A stretch of 64,000 nt of DNA from an uncultured Actinomycetes bacterium (GTDB lineage: Bacteria > Actinomycetota > Thermoleophilia > UBA2241): the NCBI GenBank assembly GCA_963725665.1, contig CAVRZA010000004.1:320001-384000 (forward strand), read 5' to 3'. Numbering within the stretch: position 1 is the first letter of the stretch; every line of letters starts with the position of its first letter. The notes under the pieces were generated by a model. The model ran no database searches. It was given only the letters and a program-made list of their open reading frames with translations, and was not told where the DNA came from. This document shows positions 31,666 through 41,539 of this stretch, one piece after another. The position numbers and the translations under genes were made by a program.

Positions 31666-32946
31666 ATGAGCGCTGAGGCAAAGACCAGGGTGCGAACCTT
31701 GACGGCCGGCACGGTGACGGGCGGCTTCCTCGCCGTGGGGCGGGCCGATGCTCGTTTCGTCCGCAGGCACGATATCGACTGGCTGCGGGTTCTCGCCGTG
31801 CTGCTGCTCTTCCCCTTCCACGTGTCGAGGGTCTTCAACGCCGACGACCCCTTCTACGTGAAGGCCGACAGCCTGTCTGTCCCGCTCAGCTACGCTCTTG
31901 GCTTCATCTCCGTCTGGCATATGCAGCTGCTCTTCGTGCTTGCCGGCGCCTCCACCTACTTCGCGCTCGGCAAGCGCAGCTCGCGCCAGTACATTCTGGA
32001 GCGTGTCAAGCGCCTGGCCGTGCCGTTCATGTTCGGCTTCCTCGTGCTGATCCCGCCGCAGACGTGGTACGGCGGCCGCTTCAACTCGGGCTACGCGGCT
32101 TCGTTCTGGCACTACATCGTGAGCGGCGACTTCCTGCAGATGAACGTCAAGGACGGGGGCGACTACTACGGCGGCTTCGGGATCGGCCACCTCTGGTTCA
32201 TCTTCGTGCTGCTGTTCGTCGCGATCATTGCGCTGCCGTTGTTCAGGTGGGGCAGGACCGAGAGAGGCGCCGCGCTCCTGCGAAGCATCTCGCGGCGCCT
32301 CGCGCATCCGGCCTCGTGGCCGCTGGCGGTCTTGTTCATCATGGTCGGCGATGCCATGCCGGAAGCCGGCCTGCAGCCCTTCTACTACCTGGCGTTCTTC
32401 GTGCTCGGCTACGTCGTGGTGTGCGACGGGGAGTTCGTCAAGACGGCGGAGCGGCTTCGCTGGAAGGCTCTCGCGGCAGGTTCGGCGCTTGCGCTGTGGT
32501 GGGTCATGAGCGGCGACCTGCGGGATTCTCTGCCCGACCCGTCGTTCCAGCGTGCCGGGCTGACGTTCCTGGGGATACTCGGGTCGTGGCTCGTCATCGT
32601 CGGGCTGCTGGGGTGCGGCAAACGGTATCTCGATCGCACGTCGCCGACCCTGCGCTACCTGGCGGAGGCATCGTATCCCGTCTACATCCTGCACCAGACG
32701 GTGATCGTGGTGGCTGCCTTCTACATCGTCGGCCTGCCGGCCGCTGAGCCCCTGCAGTGGCTCACGCTGCTCGTGGTCTCGGTGGCGTTCACGTTCGCGC
32801 TCTACGAGGTCGTGCGCCGGTTCGCGACCCCGCGGTTCCTGTTCGGCATGCGACCTCTCAAGAGGCAGGATCGCACTGTGTCGGTGCCGGTGGAGGTAGG
32901 AACCACCGCTCGGCCCTCTACCGTCAGCGCGGCACGGGCGCGGTGA
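31666..32946 (+). CDS. Acyltransferase family 3 (OpgC-like) membrane protein
   Basis: RRHDIDWLR, HLWF, ASYPVYILHQ. Confidence 0.9.
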   Translation: MSAEAKTRVRTLTAGTVTGGFLAVGRADARFVRRHDIDWLRVLAVLLLFPFHVSRVFNADDPFYVKADSLSVPLSYALGFISVWHMQLLFVLAGASTYFALGKRSSRQYILERVKRLAVPFMFGFLVLIPPQTWYGGRFNSGYAASFWHYIVSGDFLQMNVKDGGDYYGGFGIGHLWFIFVLLFVAIIALPLFRWGRTERGAALLRSISRRLAHPASWPLAVLFIMVGDAMPEAGLQPFYYLAFFVLGYVVVCDGEFVKTAERLRWKALAAGSALALWWVMSGDLRDSLPDPSFQRAGLTFLGILGSWLVIVGLLGCGKRYLDRTSPTLRYLAEASYPVYILHQTVIVVAAFYIVGLPAAEPLQWLTLLVVSVAFTFALYEVVRRFATPRFLFGMRPLKRQDRTVSVPVEVGTTARPSTVSAARAR

Positions 32947-32970
32947 GGTCGTCGCGCAGACGGCAGGAGA

Positions 32971-33059
32971 GGGAGGCCGGCGGGGCGGCGAATGCCGCCC
33001 CGCCGGCCTCCCGCGATGGGGTGTGGGGCGCTTCGGAGAAGCGCCCCACACCCCATCGC
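32971..33059. repeat. Two abutting perfect hairpins (19-bp and 22-bp stems)
   Basis: 32971-33012 with loop GAAT and 33013-33059 with loop GGA. Confidence 0.85.
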
Positions 33060-33122
33060 TGTTGAGCAGGCCGTGTCCGCGCCCGTTGTAGACTGCCGGA
33101 CGGCGACGAATACGGGGGGCGA

Positions 33123-33815
33123 ATGGCGCGAGACGTCACAACAATCGGATTGAGCGGTGTCAACTGCTACCTTCTGCCCGCCGGCGAGGGGTTCGTCCTC
33201 ATCGACACGGGGCTGGCGACGAAGCGCGACGCGCTCGAGCGCGCGCTTGCCCGGGCCGGCTGCACGTCTGGCAGGCTGAGACTGGTCGTGTTGACGCACG
33301 GCGATGTCGACCACGCCGGAAACGCGGCGTGCCTTCGCGCGAAGTACGGTGCCCGGATTGCGATGCACGCCGACGACAAAGGGATGGTCGAGCGCGGCGA
33401 CACGACCTGGAACCGCAAGGCGAAGCCGGACTTCGTGACCGTGACCGGCCGTTTCATCATGGTCGCCGGTACCCTGATGGAGCGCTTCCGCAGGTCGGGC
33501 TCCTTCGAGGTGTTCGAGCCCGACCTGCTCGTCGAGGACGGCTTCGAGCTGAGCGAGTACGGACTCGACGCGCGTGTGCTCCATCTGCCCGGACACTCCA
33601 AGGGGTCGATCGGCATCCTTACGGCCGACGGTGACCTCTTCTGCGGCGATCTGCTCTACAACTGGCGCAGACCGAGCACCCCGATCGTGGACGACCTTGC
33701 CGACCACACAGCCAGTCTCCAAAAGCTGCGCGCCGTCCGAGTCGAAACGGTCTACCCGGGGCACGGCAAGCCGTTTCGTTGGGCGGAGCTGCCCTCAGGC
33801 GGCGCGCCTCCTTGA
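33123..33815 (+). CDS. MBL-fold metallo-hydrolase
   Basis: LIDTG, THGDVDHAG, PGHSKG, GDLL, YPGHG. Confidence 0.88.
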   Translation: MARDVTTIGLSGVNCYLLPAGEGFVLIDTGLATKRDALERALARAGCTSGRLRLVVLTHGDVDHAGNAACLRAKYGARIAMHADDKGMVERGDTTWNRKAKPDFVTVTGRFIMVAGTLMERFRRSGSFEVFEPDLLVEDGFELSEYGLDARVLHLPGHSKGSIGILTADGDLFCGDLLYNWRRPSTPIVDDLADHTASLQKLRAVRVETVYPGHGKPFRWAELPSGGAPP

Positions 33816-33844
33816 TACCGATATGACGCCCGGTCTGCGCTAGG

Positions 33845-34687
33845 ATGACGCGCATGAGCGACGACCTCATCGGTCCCTTTGAAGAGCTGCCCTTCGTGCC
33901 CTCGCGCATTGCCGGCCTCGACATCCTCGATCTGGCCAAGGCCAAGCACTACGTGCCCGTCCTCCTCGAGATCGATGTGACCGAGGCGCGGGCCGCCATT
34001 CGCCGGCACAAACAGGAGGGGGAGGACATCTCGTTCACGGCCTGGGCGGTGAGATGCGTGGCGCAGGCGGCCAGCGAGCACAAGCGCGTGCACGCGCTGC
34101 GACACGGGTGGCGCACGCTGGTGCTCTTCGAGGACGTCGACGTTGCCATCGCCGTCTACCGGCGTATCGCCGACGAGAGCCTGGACGAGCGCCTGCCGAT
34201 GCCCTTCGTGCTGCGCAAGGCCAACGAGAGGAGCGTGGGGGAGATCAGCACCGAGGTGCGCCGCGCACAGAGTCTGCCGCTTGCCCCCGGCGAGCAGTGG
34301 CTCGAGCCACAAGGCATCGTACCACCGTCATGGCTGCTGCCCTTGGCCTTCAGGTTGCCCCGCCGCTTACGCCGCTGGTTCTACTGGGACCGAGTGCTCA
34401 GCAACCCTTGGCGGGTCAAGAAGACGATGGGGACGGTGGTGGTGACCTCGGTGCCGCTGACGAGCAGGTCGGGCGGCGGGGGCTGGGGGATCCCGATCGC
34501 CGTCCATCCGCTCGTCGTGGCGCTCGGCGCCGTCGGCCGAAGGCCGCGCCTCACCGACGGCAACGTCGAGCCGCGCGAGATCCTCAGCGCCACCATCATG
34601 TTCGACCACGAGGTGGTCGACGGCGTGCCGGTGGCGCTCTTCCTGCGGCGCCTGATGGAGCTCATGGAAGGGGCGTTCGGGCTGTAA
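33845..34687 (+). CDS. Stand-alone 2-oxoacid dehydrogenase acyltransferase catalytic domain protein
   Basis: EIDVTEAR, FDHEVVDG; no lipoyl domain. Confidence 0.82.
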   Translation: MTRMSDDLIGPFEELPFVPSRIAGLDILDLAKAKHYVPVLLEIDVTEARAAIRRHKQEGEDISFTAWAVRCVAQAASEHKRVHALRHGWRTLVLFEDVDVAIAVYRRIADESLDERLPMPFVLRKANERSVGEISTEVRRAQSLPLAPGEQWLEPQGIVPPSWLLPLAFRLPRRLRRWFYWDRVLSNPWRVKKTMGTVVVTSVPLTSRSGGGGWGIPIAVHPLVVALGAVGRRPRLTDGNVEPREILSATIMFDHEVVDGVPVALFLRRLMELMEGAFGL

Positions 34688-34711
34688 GACCGGGCGCTCT
34701 GGCTGGGAGAC

Positions 34712-35221
34712 CTACCCCGCCAGCGTCTTGCGGATGTCCTTCATCAGCATGACGAGATGTTGGGGATTCGTGGGCGACGGCTCGAAGCCGAACTTCGTGT
34801 AGAACTGCCGGGCTCGCTCGTGCTTGGCGTGCACGAGCACCGCACGGGCGCCGATCGTGTCCGCCGCGTGGGCGCATCTGCCTAGGGCCTCAACGAGCAG
34901 CGCCCCGCCGAGGCCGCGTCGCTGCTCGGATCGGTCGACGGCCAGACGAGCGAGAAGAACGACCGGGATGGCCTGCCGGCCCTGCCCCCTGGCCCTCCGC
35001 TCTGTGGTCTTTTCGGGGTTGACACTTCCCGCGGCGAGACTGAAGAAGGCCACAACTCGGCAGCCTTGGCACGCGACGTACGTGCGTGACTTCTCGGCAC
35101 GCTGGTCGGTTAGGGCGCGCTTGGTCAGGTACTCGTTGAGGGCAGCGTCGCCGCAGTCGAACGCGAGAACCTCGTGCGAGGCATTGAGCGGCTCGATCTC
35201 GAGGCGTAGGTCAGCGCTCAC
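34712..35221 (-). CDS. GNAT toxin (TacT/AtaT-like)
   Basis: FDCGDAALNEYL, PVVLLARLAVD..GLG, VHAK..FYTKFGF. Confidence 0.88.
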   Translation of the reverse strand: MSADLRLEIEPLNASHEVLAFDCGDAALNEYLTKRALTDQRAEKSRTYVACQGCRVVAFFSLAAGSVNPEKTTERRARGQGRQAIPVVLLARLAVDRSEQRRGLGGALLVEALGRCAHAADTIGARAVLVHAKHERARQFYTKFGFEPSPTNPQHLVMLMKDIRKTLAG

Positions 35222-35507
35222 CGAAGGGGCTTGGCTTCGACGCCGCTTCTCTCAGTGCGGGAACCACGCGTGCTGGACGGTCAAGCAGCGCGACAAACTC
35301 ATCCCACTCGGCTGCCGGCAGGGTGAATACCGTCTGGTCCGCGAGGACCGCTTCGGCTGAACGCAGCGCGGCCTGGAGCACGAACTGGCTGGACTTCACG
35401 CGACTTAGGCGAGCCGCTTGTTCGACCAGTGCCTTCTCTGCCTTCGTGGCGCGGATATTGAAGCGTTCGACCTTGTTGTCACTCGGGATCGGCATGCTCA
35501 TCGGCAC
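35211..35507 (-). CDS. DUF1778 antitoxin (TacA-like)
   Basis: RFNIRAT..LVEQAA..SQFVL..LLDRP; overlaps the toxin start. Confidence 0.88.
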   Translation of the reverse strand: MPMSMPIPSDNKVERFNIRATKAEKALVEQAARLSRVKSSQFVLQAALRSAEAVLADQTVFTLPAAEWDEFVALLDRPARVVPALREAASKPSPFGER

Positions 35508-35685
35508 CTCTCAGGAACCTCTAGATGTGAGCACATTGTACCCACAAGTCGTCGCCATGTACACCCATTGTATGTACACAATGCGACTGGAGCCGCGCTA
35601 GCGAGGCTAAACTGGACCGCCCGGGCGGAGAAGATGACGACTGGGAAGGAGGGGTTGCGATCAGCCGCGGCCGCGGTTCACGGCG

Positions 35686-36696
35686 TCAGTCGGCGTCGCT
35701 CGCGTTCAGCACCCGCAGAGCCTTCAGCGTGACCCAGCGGCTGGGCTGCCCCTTGGTCTCGATGTCGACGATGAAGCGGCCGTTGAAGGTCTGCTGGAGA
35801 ATCCAGCGACCCTCGGGATCGGCCTTGGAGGCGACGAGCGCGCGCGCCTCGCGCGCGCGCTCGTCGCCCGCCCGTCCGAGCTTCGCCAGGATCCCCAGGA
35901 TCTCGAGTGCGTCGGTCTGGTACATGAGCGGGAAGCTGAGGCGCTTCCATCCCGGCTTGGAGTCCCGCTTTGGGTCGTGGCTGCGCTTGTGGACGTGGTG
36001 CCTGAGGATGAACTCCGTCCCTTCATCGAGCGTGTGCCATACCGCGGGAGTGCGGCGCTCCGGAGGGATCTCCGTCAGCGCCTTGAGTGCTTTGACGACG
36101 CCCATGTGGCAGGTGTGGCGCCCCCAGCACATCTCCAAGCGGTCGTAGGGCCAGCCGGTGGGCGCCTCGCCGTCGCCGTCGTCGAAACGCATGTAGGTGG
36201 TGAGCCAGTCGACGCCGGCCTGTACACGCGGGTCGTCGAGCATACCCAGGCGGATGAGGCTGAAGACGAGGTTGCCGGTCAGGCAGGGGATGACCTCACT
36301 GCGTCGGCCGCCGCCCTCCCTGCACGCGTGCATCGCGAAGCCGCCGGATCGGCGGTCCTGCGCGTCGCGCAGGACCGCCTCACACCCCCGCCGCACGCGC
36401 TCGTCGCCGCCGTCGGCGCCGAGCTCGGCGAGGATGATGAGCGTCCACACCGTGCCGCGGTACTTGGCCGTGTAGAAGCGGTCGCGACCCTCCCAGTGGC
36501 CGTCCTCGCCCTGAGCGTCGAGGATGCGCGGCACGGCGCCCTTGGTCATGATCTCGCGCCGTGCCGCCGCCGCATCGGGCGAGTCGGGCGACGACCCGAG
36601 CAGCTCGGTCAGCGCGTAGAAGCGCACCGACGGTTCGTCGCCGTCGAGGAGCCAGGCGGTCGCATCGGCCTGCCGCGTTGTTGTCCCATCCCCCAC
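35686..36696 (-). CDS. Prenyltransferase/squalene oxidase repeat (alpha-alpha toroid) protein
   Basis: WLL..EPSVR, Q.EDGHW, YTAKYRGT.W, PSRWVT. Confidence 0.7.
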   Translation of the reverse strand: MGDGTTTRQADATAWLLDGDEPSVRFYALTELLGSSPDSPDAAAARREIMTKGAVPRILDAQGEDGHWEGRDRFYTAKYRGTVWTLIILAELGADGGDERVRRGCEAVLRDAQDRRSGGFAMHACREGGGRRSEVIPCLTGNLVFSLIRLGMLDDPRVQAGVDWLTTYMRFDDGDGEAPTGWPYDRLEMCWGRHTCHMGVVKALKALTEIPPERRTPAVWHTLDEGTEFILRHHVHKRSHDPKRDSKPGWKRLSFPLMYQTDALEILGILAKLGRAGDERAREARALVASKADPEGRWILQQTFNGRFIVDIETKGQPSRWVTLKALRVLNASDAD

Positions 36697-36804
36697 GATC
36701 CCACATTGTACGGCCGTCTCGATCGCGACGCCCGTTCTTCAGGGCGAGGTGACCCACCTCCGTCGACTCGCTCCACCGTCACTCTCCGGTGCTATGCTGC
36801 AGCC

Positions 36805-37020
36805 ATGATCGCCAAGCCGCGTCCCAATCATCAGATCTATCTGCAGGCGCTGCTCCGGCTTACGCCGGAGCAGCGCCTGCTCAAGGCGTTCGAGCTTACC
36901 GACCTGTCTCGGGCGCTCTTCCGCGACGGCCTTCGGCAGCGCTTTCCAGAGGCGGCCGAAGATGAGCTCCAGCGCATCTACCTTCAGCGCTTCGACCTAT
37001 GTCACAACAGGCGCTCCTGA
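36805..37020 (+). CDS. Small hypothetical protein, probable antitoxin partner (leaderless)
   Basis: LTPEQRL..RDGLRQRFP; TGCTATGCT 6 nt before ATG; overlaps next gene. Confidence 0.6.
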   Translation: MIAKPRPNHQIYLQALLRLTPEQRLLKAFELTDLSRALFRDGLRQRFPEAAEDELQRIYLQRFDLCHNRRS

Positions 37021-37568
37021 CGCGTATCGTCGAGGCCCTTGGCGTCGCCGACATCGCGTACATGCTCACGGGATCGTTGGCGTCGAGTCTGCAAGGAGAG
37101 CCCAGGGCGACACACGACGTCGACCTGGTCATCGAGATCGGCGAGCCCGACGTGCCTCGACTGCTGCAGGCTCTGGCCGCGCCCGACCTCTACCTCGAAG
37201 GGTCGGCCGTCGCCGAAGCGGTCCGGGAGCGCACGGTGTTCAACCTTATTCAACCCTCGACTGGCGACAAGGTCGACTTCTGGCCGCTGACCGAGGATGC
37301 ATTCGACGTCGCGCGGTTCTCGCGCCGCCAGTGGGTCGACGCGCTCGGCTTGCGACTCGCCGTGTCGGCGCCAGAGGACACGATCCTCATGAAGCTACGT
37401 TGGGCGCGTGAATCGGGCGGCAGCGAGAAGCAGTTCACCGACGCTCTGCGTGTCTACGAGCTGCAGGCGACGGCTCTTGACGCCGGCTACCTGGACGAGT
37501 GGGCGCATCGACTCGAAGTCGCCGACCTTCTTGCCAGACTTCGGGCACAAGCGGAGCCGCTCGCCTAG
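36999..37568 (+). CDS. Nucleotidyltransferase-fold protein, putative TA toxin
   Basis: YMLTGSLA..GEPRATHDVDLV, KVDF, APEDTILMKL.W. Confidence 0.75.
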   Translation: MSQQALLTRIVEALGVADIAYMLTGSLASSLQGEPRATHDVDLVIEIGEPDVPRLLQALAAPDLYLEGSAVAEAVRERTVFNLIQPSTGDKVDFWPLTEDAFDVARFSRRQWVDALGLRLAVSAPEDTILMKLRWARESGGSEKQFTDALRVYELQATALDAGYLDEWAHRLEVADLLARLRAQAEPLA

Positions 37569-37793
37569 CAGCTGGCACCGTGCGGCTAGGATGCGCGCCA
37601 CCGCGCCTCTGATCATGATTTCACCTCGCGCGGCCGCCGCGTCAAGGGCGCCGGCCGACAAGACGACCTCCATAGAACCCGACTTGAAGAAGGTCTACTC
37701 TTGACATGATCTTCGGCTGAGAGGCCGCCGTCGCAGGCGTCCCCACCGGAAGAGCGTGATCGAGGTGGTTGTCGACTGCGCCGGCGCAAGAGC

Positions 37794-38628
37794 ATGCGGC
37801 GCGAAGGGAGGGCCATCACGAGACCGGGTGGTGTCCATCGGTGGATCGCGGCGACTGCGCTGCCGCTCCTCCTCGTCCTGGCCGCGGGCTGCTCAACAGT
37901 CCCCGGCACCGGTGGCCAGGTCAGCGGCTCGGGCAACCCAGCGACCAAGCACTACGACTACAGCGGCTTCACCGGTCTGCGCGTGGACAACGCCTTCGCC
38001 GCCACCGTGACCTGCGGCGACGCCTTCGCCGTCTCGGTCACCGTGGACGACAACCTCGTCAAGTACCTGCGTGTCGAGCTCGATGGAGACACGCTGCACA
38101 TCGGCCTTGATCCCAGCATGAGCTATCAGAACACGACACTGAAGGCGGAGGTGACGCTGCCGAGCCTGCGAGCGCTGGAGGTCACCGGCGCCTCCACGGC
38201 CGACGTGGCGGGGTTCGTTTCGCAGGACGCGCTCGATCTGCGGCTCTCGGGCGCCGGTGGGGTGGACCTCACAAGCATGCGGCGCCGACAAGGTCACCAT
38301 CGACGTCTCCGGTGGGGCTCAGCTGTCCGGCGGGCTCGAGGCGCAGGAGGTCAGCGGACAGGTCTCAGGCGCCGGCCGGGTGTCGCTCGAGGGCTCGGCC
38401 TCACACGCGCAGCTCGAGGCCTCCGGGGCCGGGAAGCTTGACCTGGGAAGCTTCACCCTGCGGGACGCGGACCTGCAGCTCTCGGGTGGCGCGAGTGGCA
38501 CGGTGCGTGTCACCGGCACGCTCAAGGTCGAGGCCAGCGGCGGCGCCCACCTCGACTACTACGGCTCGCCGAAGTCGGTCCAGACGAACGTCTCCGGGGG
38601 CGCGCAGGTCAACCGCGCCGGCGGCTAG
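37794..38628 (+). CDS. DUF2807/GIN-domain lipoprotein, frameshift near 38280
   Basis: Lipobox LAAGC, GSGN, VDDNL, repeated SGA/SGG turns across two frames. Confidence 0.75.
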
Positions 38629-38776
38629 GTCCTCAGGCCCACGGTTGCGGCCGGGCGCCTCGTCGCCGCAGGCGTCAACGCGCGGACTGACATCGTCGCG
38701 CAGATTGCAGCCGCGGCCCGCGGCCATGGGGCCGCCGTACCGGCCCACCACCGCCGCGCCGGCGATCTGCGCTGAG

Positions 38777-40231
38777 TCAGCCCGCCCTCATCCGCCGCTC
38801 CGCCTCGGCCACGATCGCCGCCAGCTCGTCCTCGCAGGGCAGCGGTTCGGGGCGGGGCGCCGCGTCGAGGAGCTCCTCGACGCGGCGCCCCGCCCGCTCG
38901 GCCAGACTAGTGCCGCCGCCGGCGGTCCACGCCTCGCGTGTGGCGCGCTCGAAGAGCGTCGGGTAGTAGAGCTCGCGGCAGTGCTTCGCGGTGTGGCTCC
39001 TCGCCAGGAACTGACCGTCGGGTCCGACCTCGTCGATGAGGTCGAGAGCCAGGGCCTCGTCGCTCGTGTCGAGGGGTGCCTTGAGGTGGCGCAGCCAGGC
39101 CACGATCTCGTCGCAGATCGCAAGCTGGGCCAGCGAGCCCGTGAGACCCGATTCGAGGTAGCCGAGGTCGTGCACGATGTCGGGTCCGGAAAGCGACTCG
39201 ACGGCGAGGCTGAGGGCCGCCTCGGCGACCGCCTGCTGATCGACCGTCTTGGCGTCGCTCGCGCCGGCCAGTGAGAAGCTGGGCAGACCCACATGCCGGG
39301 CGAGGGCGATAGCGGTGGCCCGCTGGTCGGGGCTCGCGTAGCCGTAGACCATGGTCTTCATGTCGAGGCCGCCGCCGCCCCAGCCCTTGGCGACGAACGG
39401 CGCGCCTTCGCGGACAAGCTGCGAGATGACGAGGCCGGTAAGCACCCCGGCCCAGAACATGGCGATCGTCCCAGCCGGCGTGGCCGGGCCGGTGACGCCG
39501 GCTTGAGAGCCAGGGATGTAGAGCACCGGCACGCTGCGTTCCGCCAGGAAGATCAGCTTCTCGAGGGCGTCGGCATTGTGCAGTAAGCCGGTCGCGGCGT
39601 TGACGTAGCAGGCCAGGAACGGCCTGGCCGCCAGAGCGTCGGCACCGCCGGCGACGATCTCGGCCATGGCGACGGCGTCGTAGCAGCCCGAGGCGTCGTA
39701 GGTAACGAAGACGATCGGCCTGCGCGTGCGCGTCAGCATGAGACGCATCTGGTGGCGGTCGGCGATGCGGCTGTCCACATCCGCGGGTAGGAACATGGAC
39801 ATTACGTAGTCGACGTCGGTGAGGGCGTCGGCCAGGCCGACACCCTCGCCGACGTCCGCCATGGTGGGCGCTCGTCGCTCGCCGCTGCGGTGGTCGAGGA
39901 TGTTGAGGCAGTCGGAGCCGGGGCCGTAGTATGTGCGCGTCCCGTCGAGCACCATGGCCGGCTCGCCGTCACGGTCGTAGATCGTGAAGCTGCGCGGCAC
40001 GCGTTCCAGAGCCCAGTCGACGAGCGTGGCGGGGATGTGCACGATGCCGTCGCCGTCCACGGCGCAGTCGGCGCCGCGCAGCAGCTCGACGGCGCGAGGC
40101 AGTTCGAGTCGCACGCCCGTCCGCTGCAGGATCGTGACGGCTGCCTCGTGGAGCCGCTCGCATTGCCCGGCTGTGATGCGCCGGTACGGCCAAGCCGCTG
40201 ATGCCCGGTCGTGCGGCACGTCGGTGGACAC
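38777..40231 (-). CDS. Trimethylamine methyltransferase (MttB) superfamily protein, non-pyrrolysine
   Basis: GVTGPATPAG, DAKTVDQQA..E, GYLESGL, DEVGPDGQFL..HT; no in-frame stop. Confidence 0.88.
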   Translation of the reverse strand: MSTDVPHDRASAAWPYRRITAGQCERLHEAAVTILQRTGVRLELPRAVELLRGADCAVDGDGIVHIPATLVDWALERVPRSFTIYDRDGEPAMVLDGTRTYYGPGSDCLNILDHRSGERRAPTMADVGEGVGLADALTDVDYVMSMFLPADVDSRIADRHQMRLMLTRTRRPIVFVTYDASGCYDAVAMAEIVAGGADALAARPFLACYVNAATGLLHNADALEKLIFLAERSVPVLYIPGSQAGVTGPATPAGTIAMFWAGVLTGLVISQLVREGAPFVAKGWGGGGLDMKTMVYGYASPDQRATAIALARHVGLPSFSLAGASDAKTVDQQAVAEAALSLAVESLSGPDIVHDLGYLESGLTGSLAQLAICDEIVAWLRHLKAPLDTSDEALALDLIDEVGPDGQFLARSHTAKHCRELYYPTLFERATREAWTAGGGTSLAERAGRRVEELLDAAPRPEPLPCEDELAAIVAEAERRMRAG

Positions 40232-40459
40232 CGTTGCCTCCCGTCTCGCGTCCGGCGGCGCGGCGCTTGGCGCCGCCCCGCCCCCGTCCCCGAACCCTAC
40301 AGCGTCCCACTGGGGTCAGCGACCGGTCGTGGACCGGGACCCGGGTCGAGGCTCGCGATCAAGATCGGATGATCCACTCCGACGGGCGTGGATCGTCGGT
40401 GCTCCGAGGTTGCGACCCCGGGGTCTTCGCGCATCTGGGGGTCGATTGGCACGGCGCCG

Positions 40460-40584
40460 CGGCGCTGTCGTGGCGCGCTAGCAAGGCCCTGCCTAAGGGC
40501 GTGTACCTCACCTGGAAGGTGCGGGGCAGCAACTCGAGCGGCATCGGCTCGTTCAGCACCGCGCTCAAGTTCAAGATCACGTAA
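40460..40584 (+). pseudogene. Orphan C-terminal fragment of a secreted beta-sandwich protein
   Basis: ASKALPKGVYLTWKVRGSNSSGIGSFSTALKFKIT-stop with typical codon usage but no matching 5' part. Confidence 0.4.
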
Positions 40585-40887
40585 CAGGGGTGGGGCGCGC
40601 GGCCCTGCGGGACGCTCGCCCCTGCGTTGCCGGCGACGTGCCTCCTATGGCGGCGCCGTCTGGACGTTGCAGCTTGCATCTCACTGCGTGTTTCCTAGGC
40701 ATCCGGCCGGGTACACCCTGGACCACGAGGACGCCGACGCGGCGCGCTGGTCAAGCAGCGCGACGGGCCACGTCGGGGTGCTTGTAGTCGACGTAGTTGT
40801 CAAGGATGAGGTTGACAGCCAACCCCTTGGGCACGTTGGCGTCTGGGCTTAACTCAATCCGGGGATCCGATGGAAAGGACACGGGAG

Positions 40888-41500
40888 ATGAGAAGGCTGA
40901 TCGTGAGCACCTTCATGACCCTCGACGGGGTCATGCAGGCCCCGGGCGGACCTGGAGAGGACGACAGCGGCGGCTTCGCGCACGGTGGCTGGTCGGTGAA
41001 CTATTGGGACGAGCAGATGGCTCAGGTCATGGGCGAGGCGATGAGCACGCCGTTCGACCTCCTTCTCGGACACAAGACGTACGACATCTTCGCCGCATAT
41101 TGGCCGACGCGCCGCGGACGATGCCGGCGCCAAGCCGTTGAACGACGCCACCAAGTACGTGGCGTCGAGGAGTCATCCCACGCTGGAGTGGAGCCCCTCG
41201 GTCCTGATCGAGGGTGACGCGGCCGAAGGCATCGCGGCGCTCAAGCAGGGAAGATGGGCCGGAGCTGCAGGTGCATGGCAGCGGGAATCTGATCCAGACG
41301 CTCCTGCGCCACCACCTCGTCGACCAGTACCGCCTGTGGGTATTCCCCTCGTCATCGGGTCGGGGAAACGCCTGTTCTCGGACGGCACCATCCCCGCCGC
41401 GCTGAAGCTCGTCGACAGCAAGGTCTCCACCACCGGAGTCGTGATCGGTACGTACGAGCCGGCAGGCGAGATCGTCACAGGATCGTTCGCGCTGGACTGA
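40888..41500 (+). CDS. Dihydrofolate reductase/RibD C-terminal family protein, several frameshifts
   Basis: TLDGVMQAPGGPGED..GGW; KYVASRS; VHGSGNLIQTL; GSGKRLF spread over frames. Confidence 0.8.
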
Positions 41501-41539
41501 CCGCGCTCGGAAACACTCGCTGAGCATATCAACACACGA

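Noticed and set aside
35590-35640. GCGCTAGC stretch upstream of the DUF1778-GNAT module as another attC
   Set aside because: No matching GTT core or palindromic right arm
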